Source: Terriglobia bacterium (lineage in GTDB: Bacteria; Acidobacteriota; Terriglobia; 20CM-2-55-15). Taken from it: a stretch of DNA of 64,000 bases. Position numbers and translations under genes: made by a program. How positions within the stretch are numbered: the stretch's first letter is position 1; each line of letters starts with the position of its first letter. The DNA lies in assembly GCA_965218585.1 (NCBI GenBank), contig CBDCLE010000026.1:160001-224000 (forward strand). Direction: 5' to 3'. Shown here one piece after another: positions 21,628 to 31,771 of this stretch. The notes beneath the pieces are model-generated. The model saw only the letters and a list, made by a program, of their open reading frames with translations. It was not told the origin of the DNA and searched no databases.

Positions 21628-22689
21628 TCAGGCGCTGATCATCCGGTCGAAAACGTCCGCGACGTAGCCAACGACTGAGATTCCCGTGCGGTACTCCATC
21701 CGGGTGGGGCCGATAATTCCCAGAACACCTGCGGTACCGTCTCTCCGCCCATAGGGAGACGTAATGACAGTCAAACCCTCCATGCACGGCGCGCCGAGCT
21801 CAGACCCGATCATGATCTGAACCCGCTCTTCCGGATCATTCGGCAGACATTCGTTCAGTATCTGGACAAGCCGGTCTTTTTCCTCGAAGAGCTGGAACAA
21901 TTCTTCGATTCTCGCCATATTACCGAAATCGACTTTTGAAAGAATGTTCCCCCTACCCTGCACATAGACAAACTCTGCAGATGAGTCTTCCTCATCGAGA
22001 CTGTCACTCCACGATTCAACGAGATGAGCCAACAACCGGTCGTACAGTATGCGCTCCTGGCGCATCATCTCTACCAGTTCTCTCCGGATCTGGGGTAACG
22101 TGCTTCCCGAAAACCGCTCAACCAGGTAGTTTCCAGCGCGCGTGAGCTCTTCTTCGGTGTACGCCTCCTCTACTCGGATCAACTTCTGCTGCACGAATCC
22201 GGATTGCGACACAAGGATGACCAGGATCTTCCCATCGTCCAACCGGACGAACTCAATGTGTTGCATTACGCTGATCTCAATGGGCGGAGAGATCACGATA
22301 CCCACGTTCTGCGATATGTCTGAAAGCAGGTGGCAGGCGGTCGACATCATGTTTTCGGCAGTGCCGGCCTCGGCAAGCGCCTGGTTGATGTAGTCTTCGG
22401 CAGAACGCGTCGGCTTCGCCATATGCCCCAAACCCTCGACGTAGAAGCGATATCCCAACTCCGACGGTACGCGGCCGGCTGAGGTGTGAGGTTGAACCAG
22501 AAATCCCGCTTCCTCCAGATCCGCCATGATGTTTCGAATTGTAGCCGGAGAAAGTCGGCGCTGAATCATCTTGGAGATGGTGCGCGAACCAACCGGTTCA
22601 CCAGAGCGAATATACGCGCTGACGATCAGTTGGAGAATCTCTCTCCCCCTGTCGTCCAATTCACTTCCAGCTGTCAACTTCTCTCCCAT
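21628..22689 (-). CDS. hrcA: Heat-inducible transcription repressor HrcA
   Basis: PVGSRTI, SPATIRN, QPHTSAGRVPS and IGPTRMEY motifs. Confidence 0.98.
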   Translation of the reverse strand: MGEKLTAGSELDDRGREILQLIVSAYIRSGEPVGSRTISKMIQRRLSPATIRNIMADLEEAGFLVQPHTSAGRVPSELGYRFYVEGLGHMAKPTRSAEDYINQALAEAGTAENMMSTACHLLSDISQNVGIVISPPIEISVMQHIEFVRLDDGKILVILVSQSGFVQQKLIRVEEAYTEEELTRAGNYLVERFSGSTLPQIRRELVEMMRQERILYDRLLAHLVESWSDSLDEEDSSAEFVYVQGRGNILSKVDFGNMARIEELFQLFEEKDRLVQILNECLPNDPEERVQIMIGSELGAPCMEGLTVITSPYGRRDGTAGVLGIIGPTRMEYRTGISVVGYVADVFDRMISA

Positions 22690-22722
22690 GATTCAACCAT
22701 ATAACACCCGGCTCCCAGTGTG

Positions 22723-23499
22723 TCAACGGAGCCCGGCCGAAGGAGGGGAAATCCCCATCCGACGCTCGAATACGACCCCAAAATAGCCCTCAAACGCCGC
22801 AACGAACGCCGAGGCCATGTCCTGGGCGCTGGGACACGGGTTAAGACATTCCCCTATACCGGACATCTCGCTTTCCAACGCCGCCGGATCTTCAAATCGT
22901 GTCGCCCGCGCCAGCAGGTCACGATCGCACGTGATGGGCATCGAGCCATGTTGAAGAAATCCGCGCCTCAACCTTCGTTGCGCGCTTCCCACTATTTTCC
23001 GGCCATCGACCATCAATTCATATCGCGACGGAGAGACAAAACAGGGGTCGTCGAAGGACGTGTCATCAGCCGACTTTCCGCCATTTCTACGAAGAGTGTC
23101 GGGAGAAAGAACGGAATCGACACCCAACTGCCTGTAGCCCAGGGCCAGGGCCTCCGATATTCGACGATAGGTACCGTATATCGAGCCCCCGTCGAACTCG
23201 GACGGATCGTTGGAAACAATCGCGTATGTCAGTTCATCAGCATGTAAGACCGCCCGGCCGCCCGTGGGTCGGTGGACGACGCTGAGCCCTTGAGATTGGC
23301 AAAACTCCACGTCCACAGCCTTGTCCAGATTCTGATTCCGCCCAAGAGAGATCGTCGGCTGAATCCAGGTGTAAAAGCGCAGCACGGTCAACGGTGATCG
23401 AGACTCCTCGACCTGGGATAGCATCTCGCTGTCCACGGCCATGTTCGTCTCACCGTCCAGCGCCGGATCCAGTATCAATTCCCAAGTCTGCTCGCTCAT
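22723..23499 (-). CDS. Lipoate-protein ligase / octanoyltransferase family protein
   Basis: NMAVD, RPTGGRAVLH, KIVGSAQ and QHGS motifs. Confidence 0.92.
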   Translation of the reverse strand: MSEQTWELILDPALDGETNMAVDSEMLSQVEESRSPLTVLRFYTWIQPTISLGRNQNLDKAVDVEFCQSQGLSVVHRPTGGRAVLHADELTYAIVSNDPSEFDGGSIYGTYRRISEALALGYRQLGVDSVLSPDTLRRNGGKSADDTSFDDPCFVSPSRYELMVDGRKIVGSAQRRLRRGFLQHGSMPITCDRDLLARATRFEDPAALESEMSGIGECLNPCPSAQDMASAFVAAFEGYFGVVFERRMGISPPSAGLR

Positions 23500-23534
23500 A
23501 TCGGCTTCTCGCTACCCGACATTCTATTTAACTA

Positions 23535-23600
23535 GAGAGGCGCAGGGCTCACAGAGGACGCAGAGAATCCAGAAACTGCGTCTCTGCGTCTCTGCGTTGA
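23535..23600. repeat. ACGCAGAG-type imperfect palindromic repeat
   Basis: Tandem (C/G)CAGAG-like units facing tandem CTGCGTCT units. Confidence 0.55.
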
Positions 23601-23639
23601 ATCTTATCGCACGTCTTGTGTTCCCGTTGTCAGAAAGCG

Positions 23640-23667
23640 AGAAGGGGCGCCGGAGGGCGCCCCTTCT
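23640..23667. terminator. GC-rich hairpin downstream of htrA
   Basis: AGAAGGGGCGCC-GGAG-GGCGCCCCTTCT perfect 12-bp stem. Confidence 0.65.
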
Positions 23668-23692
23668 GCTGTTCGTTCTGCCTGTCCGGTTC

Positions 23693-25189
23693 TTACGGAA
23701 TCGCCATCGGCAGGAACTGATTTACCCATTCGTCGGTCTGGGAATTGCGAATCATCACCATGAACGCAATTGTGGAACCAGATTCCAGGTTCGAAACGGC
23801 GGCCGTAAAATCACCGACGTTATCGATCTCCACATTCCGACGTCCGGCAACAATCCTGGAAACGATCATGCCGCGAGCCAGGCCCGCTTCAGCCGCTTCG
23901 CTGTCAGGCTCGACCGACGCGATCATCACACCCCGCAGGTTTCGCCCCCCAGGCAGAGATTGCACCTGCGGCGTGATCTCCTGAACTCGTATCCCCAACT
24001 CAGTCGGAGTCGCATCCCCTCCGTTAGGTCTTGGCACGAGGGCAGCGGTCTGGTCTCCAAACAGGACTTCACGATCCGCGATCATCACATTCAGTGTCAG
24101 TTCCTCACCTGCACGATAGACCGTGATCGGCACTGTATCGCCGACCTGCTGCAAGGCAACAACCGCCAGCAGCACGTCGCCATTGGTGACCGGCTCTCCG
24201 GCAATCTCCGTAATAACGTCGCTAGCCTCGAAACCGGCTTCCTCGGCAGGACCACCCGGATACACGCTTTCAACGACGACACCATGGTCCAGACCGAAAG
24301 CGCGGATCAGGGCTGGATCGGGATTGGCGTTGTAGGTGATACCGATCGATCCTCGAGTCACACGGCCACCCGTGACGATCTGATTGTAAACGTCGATTGC
24401 GATGTTCGAGGGCAGTGCAAAACCCAGTCCCGCGAATTGCTGCGTATTGGAGATGATAGCGGTATTCACACCGATGACCTCCCCCGCCATATTGACGAGC
24501 GGCCCACCACTGTTGCCCGGGTTGATCGCAGCATCGGTCTGGATAAATTTCTGGAACTGTTCGCCGCCAGGCACGTCCCGTCCCTTGGCGCTGATGATAC
24601 CGGCCGTCAGAGTCTGCTCGAATCCGAACGGGCTCCCGAGAGCCAGAACCCAGTCTCCAGGGTTGGTGGAATCGGAATTCCCCATCCGCGCAACCGGAAG
24701 GTCGCGTCCCACGTCGATCTTAACGACGGCGACATCGGTTTCCCGGTCCACGCCCACGACGGTGGCTTCATACTCGGAGTCGTCATCTAACCGGACCGTG
24801 ATGGTGTCTCCTCCATCGATCACGTGGTTGTTGGTCAGGATGTAGCCGGATTCATCGACGATGAATCCAGAGCCCAGACTCTGTACAGGGCGGCTTTGGT
24901 CAGTCTCGGGAGCCTCATCGCCAAAGAAATCGAAGAAATCCCGAAAAGCGTCCGGCACCTGCCCACCGCCTGTTTCCCGGGTGGACTCCACGTCGATATT
25001 GACCACAGCGGGTCCGACCTCTGCGGCAATACGGGCAAAACCGTTCGACAGTTCCACAGGGTCGGGAACAGTCAGCAAAGCAGGCTGCTGCGTCGCTGTC
25101 ACTCTTTCCGATACGATCGTTCCGATCCCGATCCCCAGTGCCAGCGTCATCACTATGAAGCCGGAGTAGAGCATGCGTCGTCTTTCCAT
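23693..25189 (-). CDS. htrA: DegP/HtrA (Do-family) serine protease with two PDZ domains
   Basis: GSGFI, TNNHV and TDAAINPGNSGGP motifs; N-terminal TM. Confidence 0.95.
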   Translation of the reverse strand: MERRRMLYSGFIVMTLALGIGIGTIVSERVTATQQPALLTVPDPVELSNGFARIAAEVGPAVVNIDVESTRETGGGQVPDAFRDFFDFFGDEAPETDQSRPVQSLGSGFIVDESGYILTNNHVIDGGDTITVRLDDDSEYEATVVGVDRETDVAVVKIDVGRDLPVARMGNSDSTNPGDWVLALGSPFGFEQTLTAGIISAKGRDVPGGEQFQKFIQTDAAINPGNSGGPLVNMAGEVIGVNTAIISNTQQFAGLGFALPSNIAIDVYNQIVTGGRVTRGSIGITYNANPDPALIRAFGLDHGVVVESVYPGGPAEEAGFEASDVITEIAGEPVTNGDVLLAVVALQQVGDTVPITVYRAGEELTLNVMIADREVLFGDQTAALVPRPNGGDATPTELGIRVQEITPQVQSLPGGRNLRGVMIASVEPDSEAAEAGLARGMIVSRIVAGRRNVEIDNVGDFTAAVSNLESGSTIAFMVMIRNSQTDEWVNQFLPMAIP

Positions 25190-25326
25190 CGGTCAACCTT
25201 CCACTGTAAGTATTTGTTTACCTTGGCGATTATAGCTCACCAGGGCCATTCGGCGAACTATTCGCGGGCGCTCCCTATGCGTGCTTAATCTTCTTTTGAC
25301 GCGCGTAGTTGGAAATCGTCTAACGT

Positions 25327-26514
25327 TCATTTCGATTTGGCGCTCATCCTGACCCTGGCCGAGTTCAGACGCTCTTCGGCCAATGCCATTGTTTCTTCCT
25401 TCTTGCAGAACGTAAAGCGAATCAGGTCCTTCCCGGCGGCGGGATCTCGAAAGAAACTGCTACCAGGCACGGCCGCCACGCCCACTTCTGTAACAAGGAA
25501 CCGACAGAACTCCACGTCATCGGGATAATCCCAGTTCGAAATGTCGCTCATCACGTAATAAGCACCCTTCGGGACGATGTAGTCGAAACCCGAGGTCTTG
25601 AGAATCTGGAGCATCCGGTCCCGACGCTTACGATAGCTCTCGGCAAGTTCGTCGTAGTAGCTCGGCGGCAACCCCATCGCGACAACGCCGGCCTCCTGAA
25701 GCGGCGCTGCCGCTCCGACCGTGATGAAGTCATGCATCTTGCGAATCGCATCGGTGACACGGGGTGGAGCAATCGAATACCCGACTCGCCAGCCCGTCAC
25801 GCTATAAGTCTTCGACATACTGTTGACCACGACCGTCCGATCCCGCATTCCCTCGATGGTGATCATCGAAACATGGCGGGCACCGTCGTAGATAATGTGT
25901 TCATAGATCTCGTCGGTCACGGCCAACACGTCCCACTTCTGGCAAAGGCGAGCAATCGACTCCAGTTCTTCGGCTGAAAACACCTTGCCTGTCGGATTGT
26001 TCGGCGTGTTGATGATGATGGCCTTCGTTCGCTCGTTGAAGACGGCCTCCAATTCCGTTTCGTCAAAGGTCCACCCGGGATGATGCAGCTGAACGTATCG
26101 GGGCGTCGCACCTGAGATGATGGCGTCCGGCCCGTAGTTCTCGTAGAAAGGTTCAAAAACGATGACTTCGTCCCCGGGATCGATGATGGCCATCAGGACG
26201 TCCATCATCGCTTCTGTGGCGCCGCAGGCAACCGTGATCTCCGTTTCGGGATCGATGTCAATTCCCACGAAACGTTTCGTTTTCTCGGCGAGGGCGTCCC
26301 TAAAATTCTTGGCGCCCCACGTAATAGCGTATTGGTTGACGTCGGCAAGAACGGCGTCGGAAGCGGCCTTCTTGAGGATTTCAGGAGCCGGAAAGTCGGG
26401 GAATCCCTGTGACAGGTTCACCGCATCGTGTTCCAGCGCCAGCCGGGTCATTTCCCGGATCACCGATTCGGTAAACTGAGCTGCCTTTCGTGAAATGGGC
26501 TTCTTGAACATCAC
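25327..26514 (-). CDS. PLP-dependent aminotransferase class I/II
   Basis: NLSQGFPD, NTPNNPTG, DEIY and SMSKTYSVTGWRVG motifs. Confidence 0.95.
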   Translation of the reverse strand: MMFKKPISRKAAQFTESVIREMTRLALEHDAVNLSQGFPDFPAPEILKKAASDAVLADVNQYAITWGAKNFRDALAEKTKRFVGIDIDPETEITVACGATEAMMDVLMAIIDPGDEVIVFEPFYENYGPDAIISGATPRYVQLHHPGWTFDETELEAVFNERTKAIIINTPNNPTGKVFSAEELESIARLCQKWDVLAVTDEIYEHIIYDGARHVSMITIEGMRDRTVVVNSMSKTYSVTGWRVGYSIAPPRVTDAIRKMHDFITVGAAAPLQEAGVVAMGLPPSYYDELAESYRKRRDRMLQILKTSGFDYIVPKGAYYVMSDISNWDYPDDVEFCRFLVTEVGVAAVPGSSFFRDPAAGKDLIRFTFCKKEETMALAEERLNSARVRMSAKSK

Positions 26515-26541
26515 CCGTCTGGAATGATTCCTCTATGGCCG

Positions 26542-27627
26542 TTATGCGGATAGGCCGCCGGGACCCGGGTAGTCCTCACCAAGTCTCTGAGCGTCGTTCT
26601 CAGCGAGTATCTTGACGAGTTCTTCGTGGAAGTAGTCCGAATCCGGCTGCTCGACCTGTCTCAGATAGGTCTCACGGCCGGCATCGATTTCCTTTTGCAG
26701 GCGGGAGTAGAGATCGGCATGGACCCTGCCTTCGAGAACCTCCTTCTCGTGCCCAAGCTTGATCTCTGACACGAGCATGCGGGCCAGACGACGCGCGTCC
26801 GAGGCGAGATCCGCCTCGTTTCTTTCATCCGTTTCAGATCCTTCCAGCGGGCTGTCATCGTCAGTCTCGGACGCACCACCACGGCCGAAGAAACGTATTC
26901 GAAGCCCAAAGTTTTCAATCGCCCGCGTCAGCGCGTCGACGATGACACCGAACGCATCGGTGTCGGCAATCCCTACGGCGCAGACGGCGGCAACGGTCTT
27001 GGACCGAACAACAATGGGAGCGAAGAACCATTCGGGGTCGATAGTGTCCTCGGAAACCAGATCGGGAAAGGCGGCTTCTCCCTGCGCGCTCCAGAGGGCG
27101 TATCCGTCGGGCTTGTTCAGGTAAATTGCGACTCCGCCGGAGAGACGCTCGGCTGCTGCAAGGAAACGTCGCAGGATCTCTGACTGGGATGCGGCGTCCC
27201 CGACACGCCTGTGGAAGTCGGCCAGCAGGCGCCAGCTTTCCGCTTCGGCGATCAGGTCGATTCGCTCCAGCTTCCATCGCTCCTCAGCCTCTTCGGCCTG
27301 GGCCTGGAGCGTCTTTTTCAAACCGTCCAGTTCCCCAGCCAGATGCTCGGTGAAACGAGCCTCCAGCTCGGCCGTAACCTCCGAGCGCACCGACTGCCCC
27401 GTTTCTTCGCGGATCCGGGTCTCCTCCTCCGCGGCGCGGGTACGAAACTCGGCTTCTTTGTCCAGCAGGGCTTTCTTCAGGCGTACGTTGGCTTCCGCTT
27501 CCAGGGTGGCGCGGAATTCGTCCAACATACCGTCGAGTTGGTTCGACAGCTCGGGTGCGACCGCCTCGAGGAGACGGTCGACAGAAACCTTCGCCTTTGC
27601 TGGGTCGGAAGGGACCTTGGCAGACAC
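26542..27627 (-). CDS. Conserved hypothetical protein (coiled coil, GAF-like region, ARRLARMLVSEIKL domain)
   Basis: 361-aa ORF with host-like composition, co-oriented with the aminotransferase. Confidence 0.8.
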   Translation of the reverse strand: MSAKVPSDPAKAKVSVDRLLEAVAPELSNQLDGMLDEFRATLEAEANVRLKKALLDKEAEFRTRAAEEETRIREETGQSVRSEVTAELEARFTEHLAGELDGLKKTLQAQAEEAEERWKLERIDLIAEAESWRLLADFHRRVGDAASQSEILRRFLAAAERLSGGVAIYLNKPDGYALWSAQGEAAFPDLVSEDTIDPEWFFAPIVVRSKTVAAVCAVGIADTDAFGVIVDALTRAIENFGLRIRFFGRGGASETDDDSPLEGSETDERNEADLASDARRLARMLVSEIKLGHEKEVLEGRVHADLYSRLQKEIDAGRETYLRQVEQPDSDYFHEELVKILAENDAQRLGEDYPGPGGLSA

Positions 27628-27663
27628 GTGTGGACAGACCTCCGGAGAAAGCCCAGATTATAG

Positions 27664-27752
27664 CAAAATGGGGTCAGAGCCCTATTTCCCCCTTTTTCCC
27701 GCACACCTATTTCCATAATTAAACGGGGACATAGGGCTCTGACCCCATTTTG
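27664..27752. repeat. Long palindromic intergenic element upstream of ssrA
   Basis: 28-bp arms at 27664-27691 and 27725-27752, 1 mismatch. Confidence 0.85.
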
Positions 27753-27765
27753 TGGGACAAACCTA

Positions 27766-27771
27766 TATAAT
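27766..27771 (+). promoter_or_regulatory. Putative -10 box of ssrA
   Basis: TATAAT 14 nt upstream of the mature 5' end. Confidence 0.55.
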
Positions 27772-27785
27772 CGGGTGAACCTCTA

Positions 27786-28139
27786 GGGGGCGCACCGGTT
27801 TCGACGGATGCGATGATGCAGGAGATGCATACCGAGGTTCCACGATCCTCGTTAAACGCGTGGAAAACAATCAATTGCTGACACTCAGTTAGCATTGGCT
27901 GCTTAATAACCAGCCACGTCCTTGATTGATTCGCCTGTAGGTCGGTTAAAGGACGTCACTTTATGCGGGATAGTCCTTCGTTGCTGGCCCGGCGGCGAGG
28001 GATGAAACTTAACGGGCTGGTGTTTCGGCCGGGTTGCAGGTTCCTTCAGGCCGGAGCATGAGACAAACTGGAACCTGACAAGTATGTAGACTCTCTTGTT
28101 GAACGTTTTCGGACGCGGGTTCGATTCCCGCCGCCTCCA
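27786..28139 (+). ncRNA. ssrA: tmRNA; tag ORF 27877-27906 encodes (A)ADTQLALAA
   Basis: 5' GGGGGCG..GGTTTCGAC; 3' T-arm GCGGGTTCGATTCCCGC and acceptor CGCCTCCA; tag ends in LAA-stop. Confidence 0.97.
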
Positions 28140-28292
28140 TCACTATGTTTGTCTGATAAGATCCAATAGAGTTCCATTACAACTATTAAATAATTGATAA
28201 AAAACATTTAAAGCCTTTAGTGAGCGCTTGCAAGTTCCGTTCTATTCCCATAAGATCCTCGACAGAACGTTGGAAATAACGTGGGGTAAATC

Positions 28293-29468
28293 ATGGGAAC
28301 ACTGACGGCCGTTAAGGCAAAATCAATCACGAAACCGGGCATGCACGGCGACGGCGGCACGTTGTTTTTGCGCGTCGCGCCCGGCGGATCGAAGAGTTGG
28401 GTGCAGCGACTGACGATTGACGACAAGCGCTACGACATCGGCCTGGGAGGTTTTCCGCTGGTGAGCCTAGCCGAGGCGCGGGAGGCGGCCTTCCAAAATC
28501 GCAAGCTCGCGCGAGCCGGTGGAAATCCTCTCGCCGAGAAACGCAAGGCGACGGTGCCGACGTTTCGACAGGCCACTCAAGAAACCTATGAGGCGCTCAA
28601 GCCGCGCTGGCGTAATGACCACCATACCGTTTCCTGGATACAAACACTTCAACGTCACGCCTTCCCAGTCTTGGGAGATATGCCTGTTGACCGGATCGGC
28701 CGTGAGGATGTGCTGCGCGTCCTGACGCCGATCTGGGGCACGCGCATGGAAACCGCTCGCCGCGTTCGTCAGCGTATCCGAACCGTCTTGCGGTGGTGCG
28801 AGGCTCATGGCTATATCGACCGCAACGTGGCCGGTGACGCGATCAGCGGTGCACTACCCACTATGCCTGCTGTTAAGAGGCATTATCAGGCGCTCCCCTA
28901 TCGGGAGGTCCGGACGGCGCTCGAAAAAGTGGAAGCGTCCGGGGCGTCCATGTCCGCAAAACTTTGCCTTCGGTTTTTGGTCCTGACGGCGGCGCGGTCC
29001 GGCGAGGCACGGTCCGCACGCTGGGACGAGATCTATATGGATCAAGCCGTGTGGACGGTCCCGGCAACGCGTATGAAGTCCCAGCGAGAGCATCGAGTGC
29101 CGCTAAGCGATGCCGTCCTCGGCGTCCTCGAACAAGCACAGGTACTCAATGATGGTTCCGACCTGGTCTTCCCGTCGCCGCTGAGGCCGGGCAAGCCGCT
29201 GAGCAACATGACATTGACAAAGGTGCTGCGGGATCGCGGGATCGCAGACAAGGCGACCGTACACGGTTTCAGATCGAGCTTTAGGGATTGGTGCGCCGAG
29301 ACGGGCAAGCCGCGTGAGATCTCCGAGGCTGCTCTGGCGCACGTTGTCGGCGGTGTCGAGGGGGCTTACTTCCGTTCGGATTTGTTCGCCAAGCGCCGCC
29401 GACTGATGGGCCAGTGGGCCGCATTCCTGACCGGTGCCAGTACGGACATAGTGAGGCTCCATGGATAA
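28293..29468 (+). CDS. P4-like tyrosine integrase
   Basis: Arm-binding N-domain (HGDGGTLFLRV); catalytic AARSGE, HGFRSSF, LAH and AY. Confidence 0.95.
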   Translation: MGTLTAVKAKSITKPGMHGDGGTLFLRVAPGGSKSWVQRLTIDDKRYDIGLGGFPLVSLAEAREAAFQNRKLARAGGNPLAEKRKATVPTFRQATQETYEALKPRWRNDHHTVSWIQTLQRHAFPVLGDMPVDRIGREDVLRVLTPIWGTRMETARRVRQRIRTVLRWCEAHGYIDRNVAGDAISGALPTMPAVKRHYQALPYREVRTALEKVEASGASMSAKLCLRFLVLTAARSGEARSARWDEIYMDQAVWTVPATRMKSQREHRVPLSDAVLGVLEQAQVLNDGSDLVFPSPLRPGKPLSNMTLTKVLRDRGIADKATVHGFRSSFRDWCAETGKPREISEAALAHVVGGVEGAYFRSDLFAKRRRLMGQWAAFLTGASTDIVRLHG

Positions 29469-30583
29469 GGAACGCCACCCGTTCCCCGACTCTCTCGCCG
29501 ATTGGGCGGCCAAGATTTGACGGGAAGTTTGGTCCAGATCCCGAAAGTCCGAGCGAAGACTGGCGACCCGGTAACGTTCCGGTCGGCCCTGGTACCTCCC
29601 TGCATTCGGAAAACGAAATCGCTGGAAGCAGCGGTGCCGTGGTTGTATTTGAAAGGCGTCTCCAGCGGCGAGATGGGTGACGCTCTAAAAGTTCTTGTCG
29701 GACCCCAGGCGCAGGGCCTGTCGGCGAGCACGGTATCGCGGTTGAAACAGGTCTGGGCCGAGCAGTACCGCCGGGGATGCGAGGAGCGATTGGATGCCGA
29801 TCGCTGGGTCTATGTCTGGGCCGACGGTATCTACAGCGGACTGCGGGCCGAAGAAACCAAGTTGTGCGCACTGGTGGTGATCGGCGCGAATCAACGCGGA
29901 GAGAAACGTTTTCTGGCAATCGAAGACGGTGTCCGGGAATCGACACAGAGTTGGCGCGAGGTCTTGTTAAAGCTGAAGTCGCGTGGGATGAATATCCCGA
30001 AGTTGGCCATCGGAGACGGTGCGATGGGATTCTGGGCCGCACTGGAGGAAATCTATCCCGAGACACGTCACCAACGTTGCTGGATGCACAAGACCATGAA
30101 CGTACTGAACGGGCTCCCGAAGTCGGCCCAGGCGAAGGCGAAACAGGCTTTGCACGCGATCTGGCGGGCTCAGACACAGGCAGACGCCGAGAAGGCATTC
30201 GATCTGTTCATTGAAACCTATGAGCCGAAGTATCCGAAAGCCACTCGCTGCCTCCAGAAAGACAAAGAAGAACTGCTGGCCTTCTTCAACTTCCCGGCCA
30301 AGCACTGGCAGAGCATCCGAACGACCAATCCCATTGAGTCGACTTTTGCTACCATTCGCCACCGAACCAAGCGATCCAGGGGTTGCCTGACGCGGGTTGG
30401 CATGCTGCACATGATGTTCAAACTGGGACAGTGCGCTCAGAAGAACTGGCGACGATTACGAGGATTCGATGATCTGCCCAAGGTGATTACTGGAGTGAAA
30501 TTCAACGATGGAATCGAAGTGACCCACGTCGATCAGGCCGCCGCTTGAGTCAATCGGCAAAACACCACTTTTGACAATAACTC
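29469..30583 (+). mobile_element. IS256-family element, 5'-truncated (transposase ORF 29502-30548)
   Basis: WADG, IGDGAMG, QRCWMHK and RTTNPIES motifs; right end CACCACTTTTGACAATAACTC; N-terminus and left end not seen. Confidence 0.88.
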
Positions 30584-30924
30584 TCACCTTCCTGGAGCCG
30601 GGTCATACATGCTTCTTTGAAGTCAACGTGGAAGGCCCCCAAACGCCGCTGACATCTGGATCGCGTCTTTTTCGAGCACTACGCGGATGGCAAAACGACA
30701 CCAAAGATTGGGGCCGCGAGGTGACGGGGCATATCCCGTACAAAAACCTAAATGGGTTGAACCGCAAGACTAGGTATAAGGTCGGCGTTGACGTTCTCAA
30801 CCAAGACTGCGGCGTAGTTGTAAGAATTGTAACCGATCAGGGAAACTAGGAAGAAATGAGAATGGTGGCTTCTAAGGATATCGTGGAAACATTCGGTTGG
30901 GCTCTTTCATAGTCATAAACTTCA

Positions 30925-31720
30925 CCGACCCTCAGAAGCGAGTAGGCCACCAATTCTTTGTAGGTGAGCGTCCCGGTATTCACGATCCGATTGATGGTGT
31001 CGTGGAAGATTTGAGGATTGTTCCGATTGTTGAATCGCCAGTCCAGTTCTTCGACGTAGCGGTCTAGATGCTTCTTGCTTATCCGGTTGTTTCAGCACGG
31101 CACCATATGTAGTGTAGGCGTGTGGCACGACCTCGGTTTCCCAAGAATATGCGCGAGTTCCAACGGCAATTTGCTACCGAGGATGCGTGTCAAGACTACT
31201 TGGCGAGGTGTCGTTGGACGGACGGCTTCAAATGTCCCCGCTGCGGGTGCGGGCGGTCGTATCGGATTAGGAAACATCGACGGTGGCAATGCGTTGAGTG
31301 CCGATACCAGGTTTCGTTGACAGCCGGCACGATTCTCCACAACACAAGAACGCCACTGACGGTGTGGTTCTGGGCAGCCTATCTGATGGTCACTGATAAG
31401 CGGGGGATTTCGGCGCTCCTGCTCCAACAGCAGCCGGGACTTCGTCGGTACGAAACCGCGTGGATGCTGTTGCACAAGCTGAGACGCGCGATGGTGAACG
31501 CCACGCGTAAGCGGTTGCATGGCGAGGTGGAAATTGACGATACCTGGATCGGCGGGTCCCAATCCGGCCTTCGGGGGAGTCGTCAGCTCAAAGGGCGAAA
31601 GGCGGCCATCGGGTTGGTAGCTGTTGAAAGGAGAGGCCGCATCTCGGGTCGGATCCGACAATGGAACGCTTGAACAGCGACCAGACGCCCTCGATGCCGT
31701 TAGTATGGACATCACGCAAG
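30925..31720 (-). pseudogene. IS1595-family transposase C-terminal remnant, interrupted
   Basis: VHTNGIEGVWSLFKRSIVGS (~31715-31655) resumes as RISKKHLDRYVEELDWRFNNR (from ~31085 down). Confidence 0.8.
31083..31673 (+). pseudogene. Second IS1595-family element, 3'-truncated
   Basis: Zn ribbon CPRCG..CVEC; TAGTILH; YETAWMLLHKLR; GEVEIDD; ORF 31122-31673. Confidence 0.85.
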
Positions 31721-31771
31721 GGGCAAGAGTCTGCTTCGCCCACCATGGCAAGAGTACATCGCCAAACCTGA

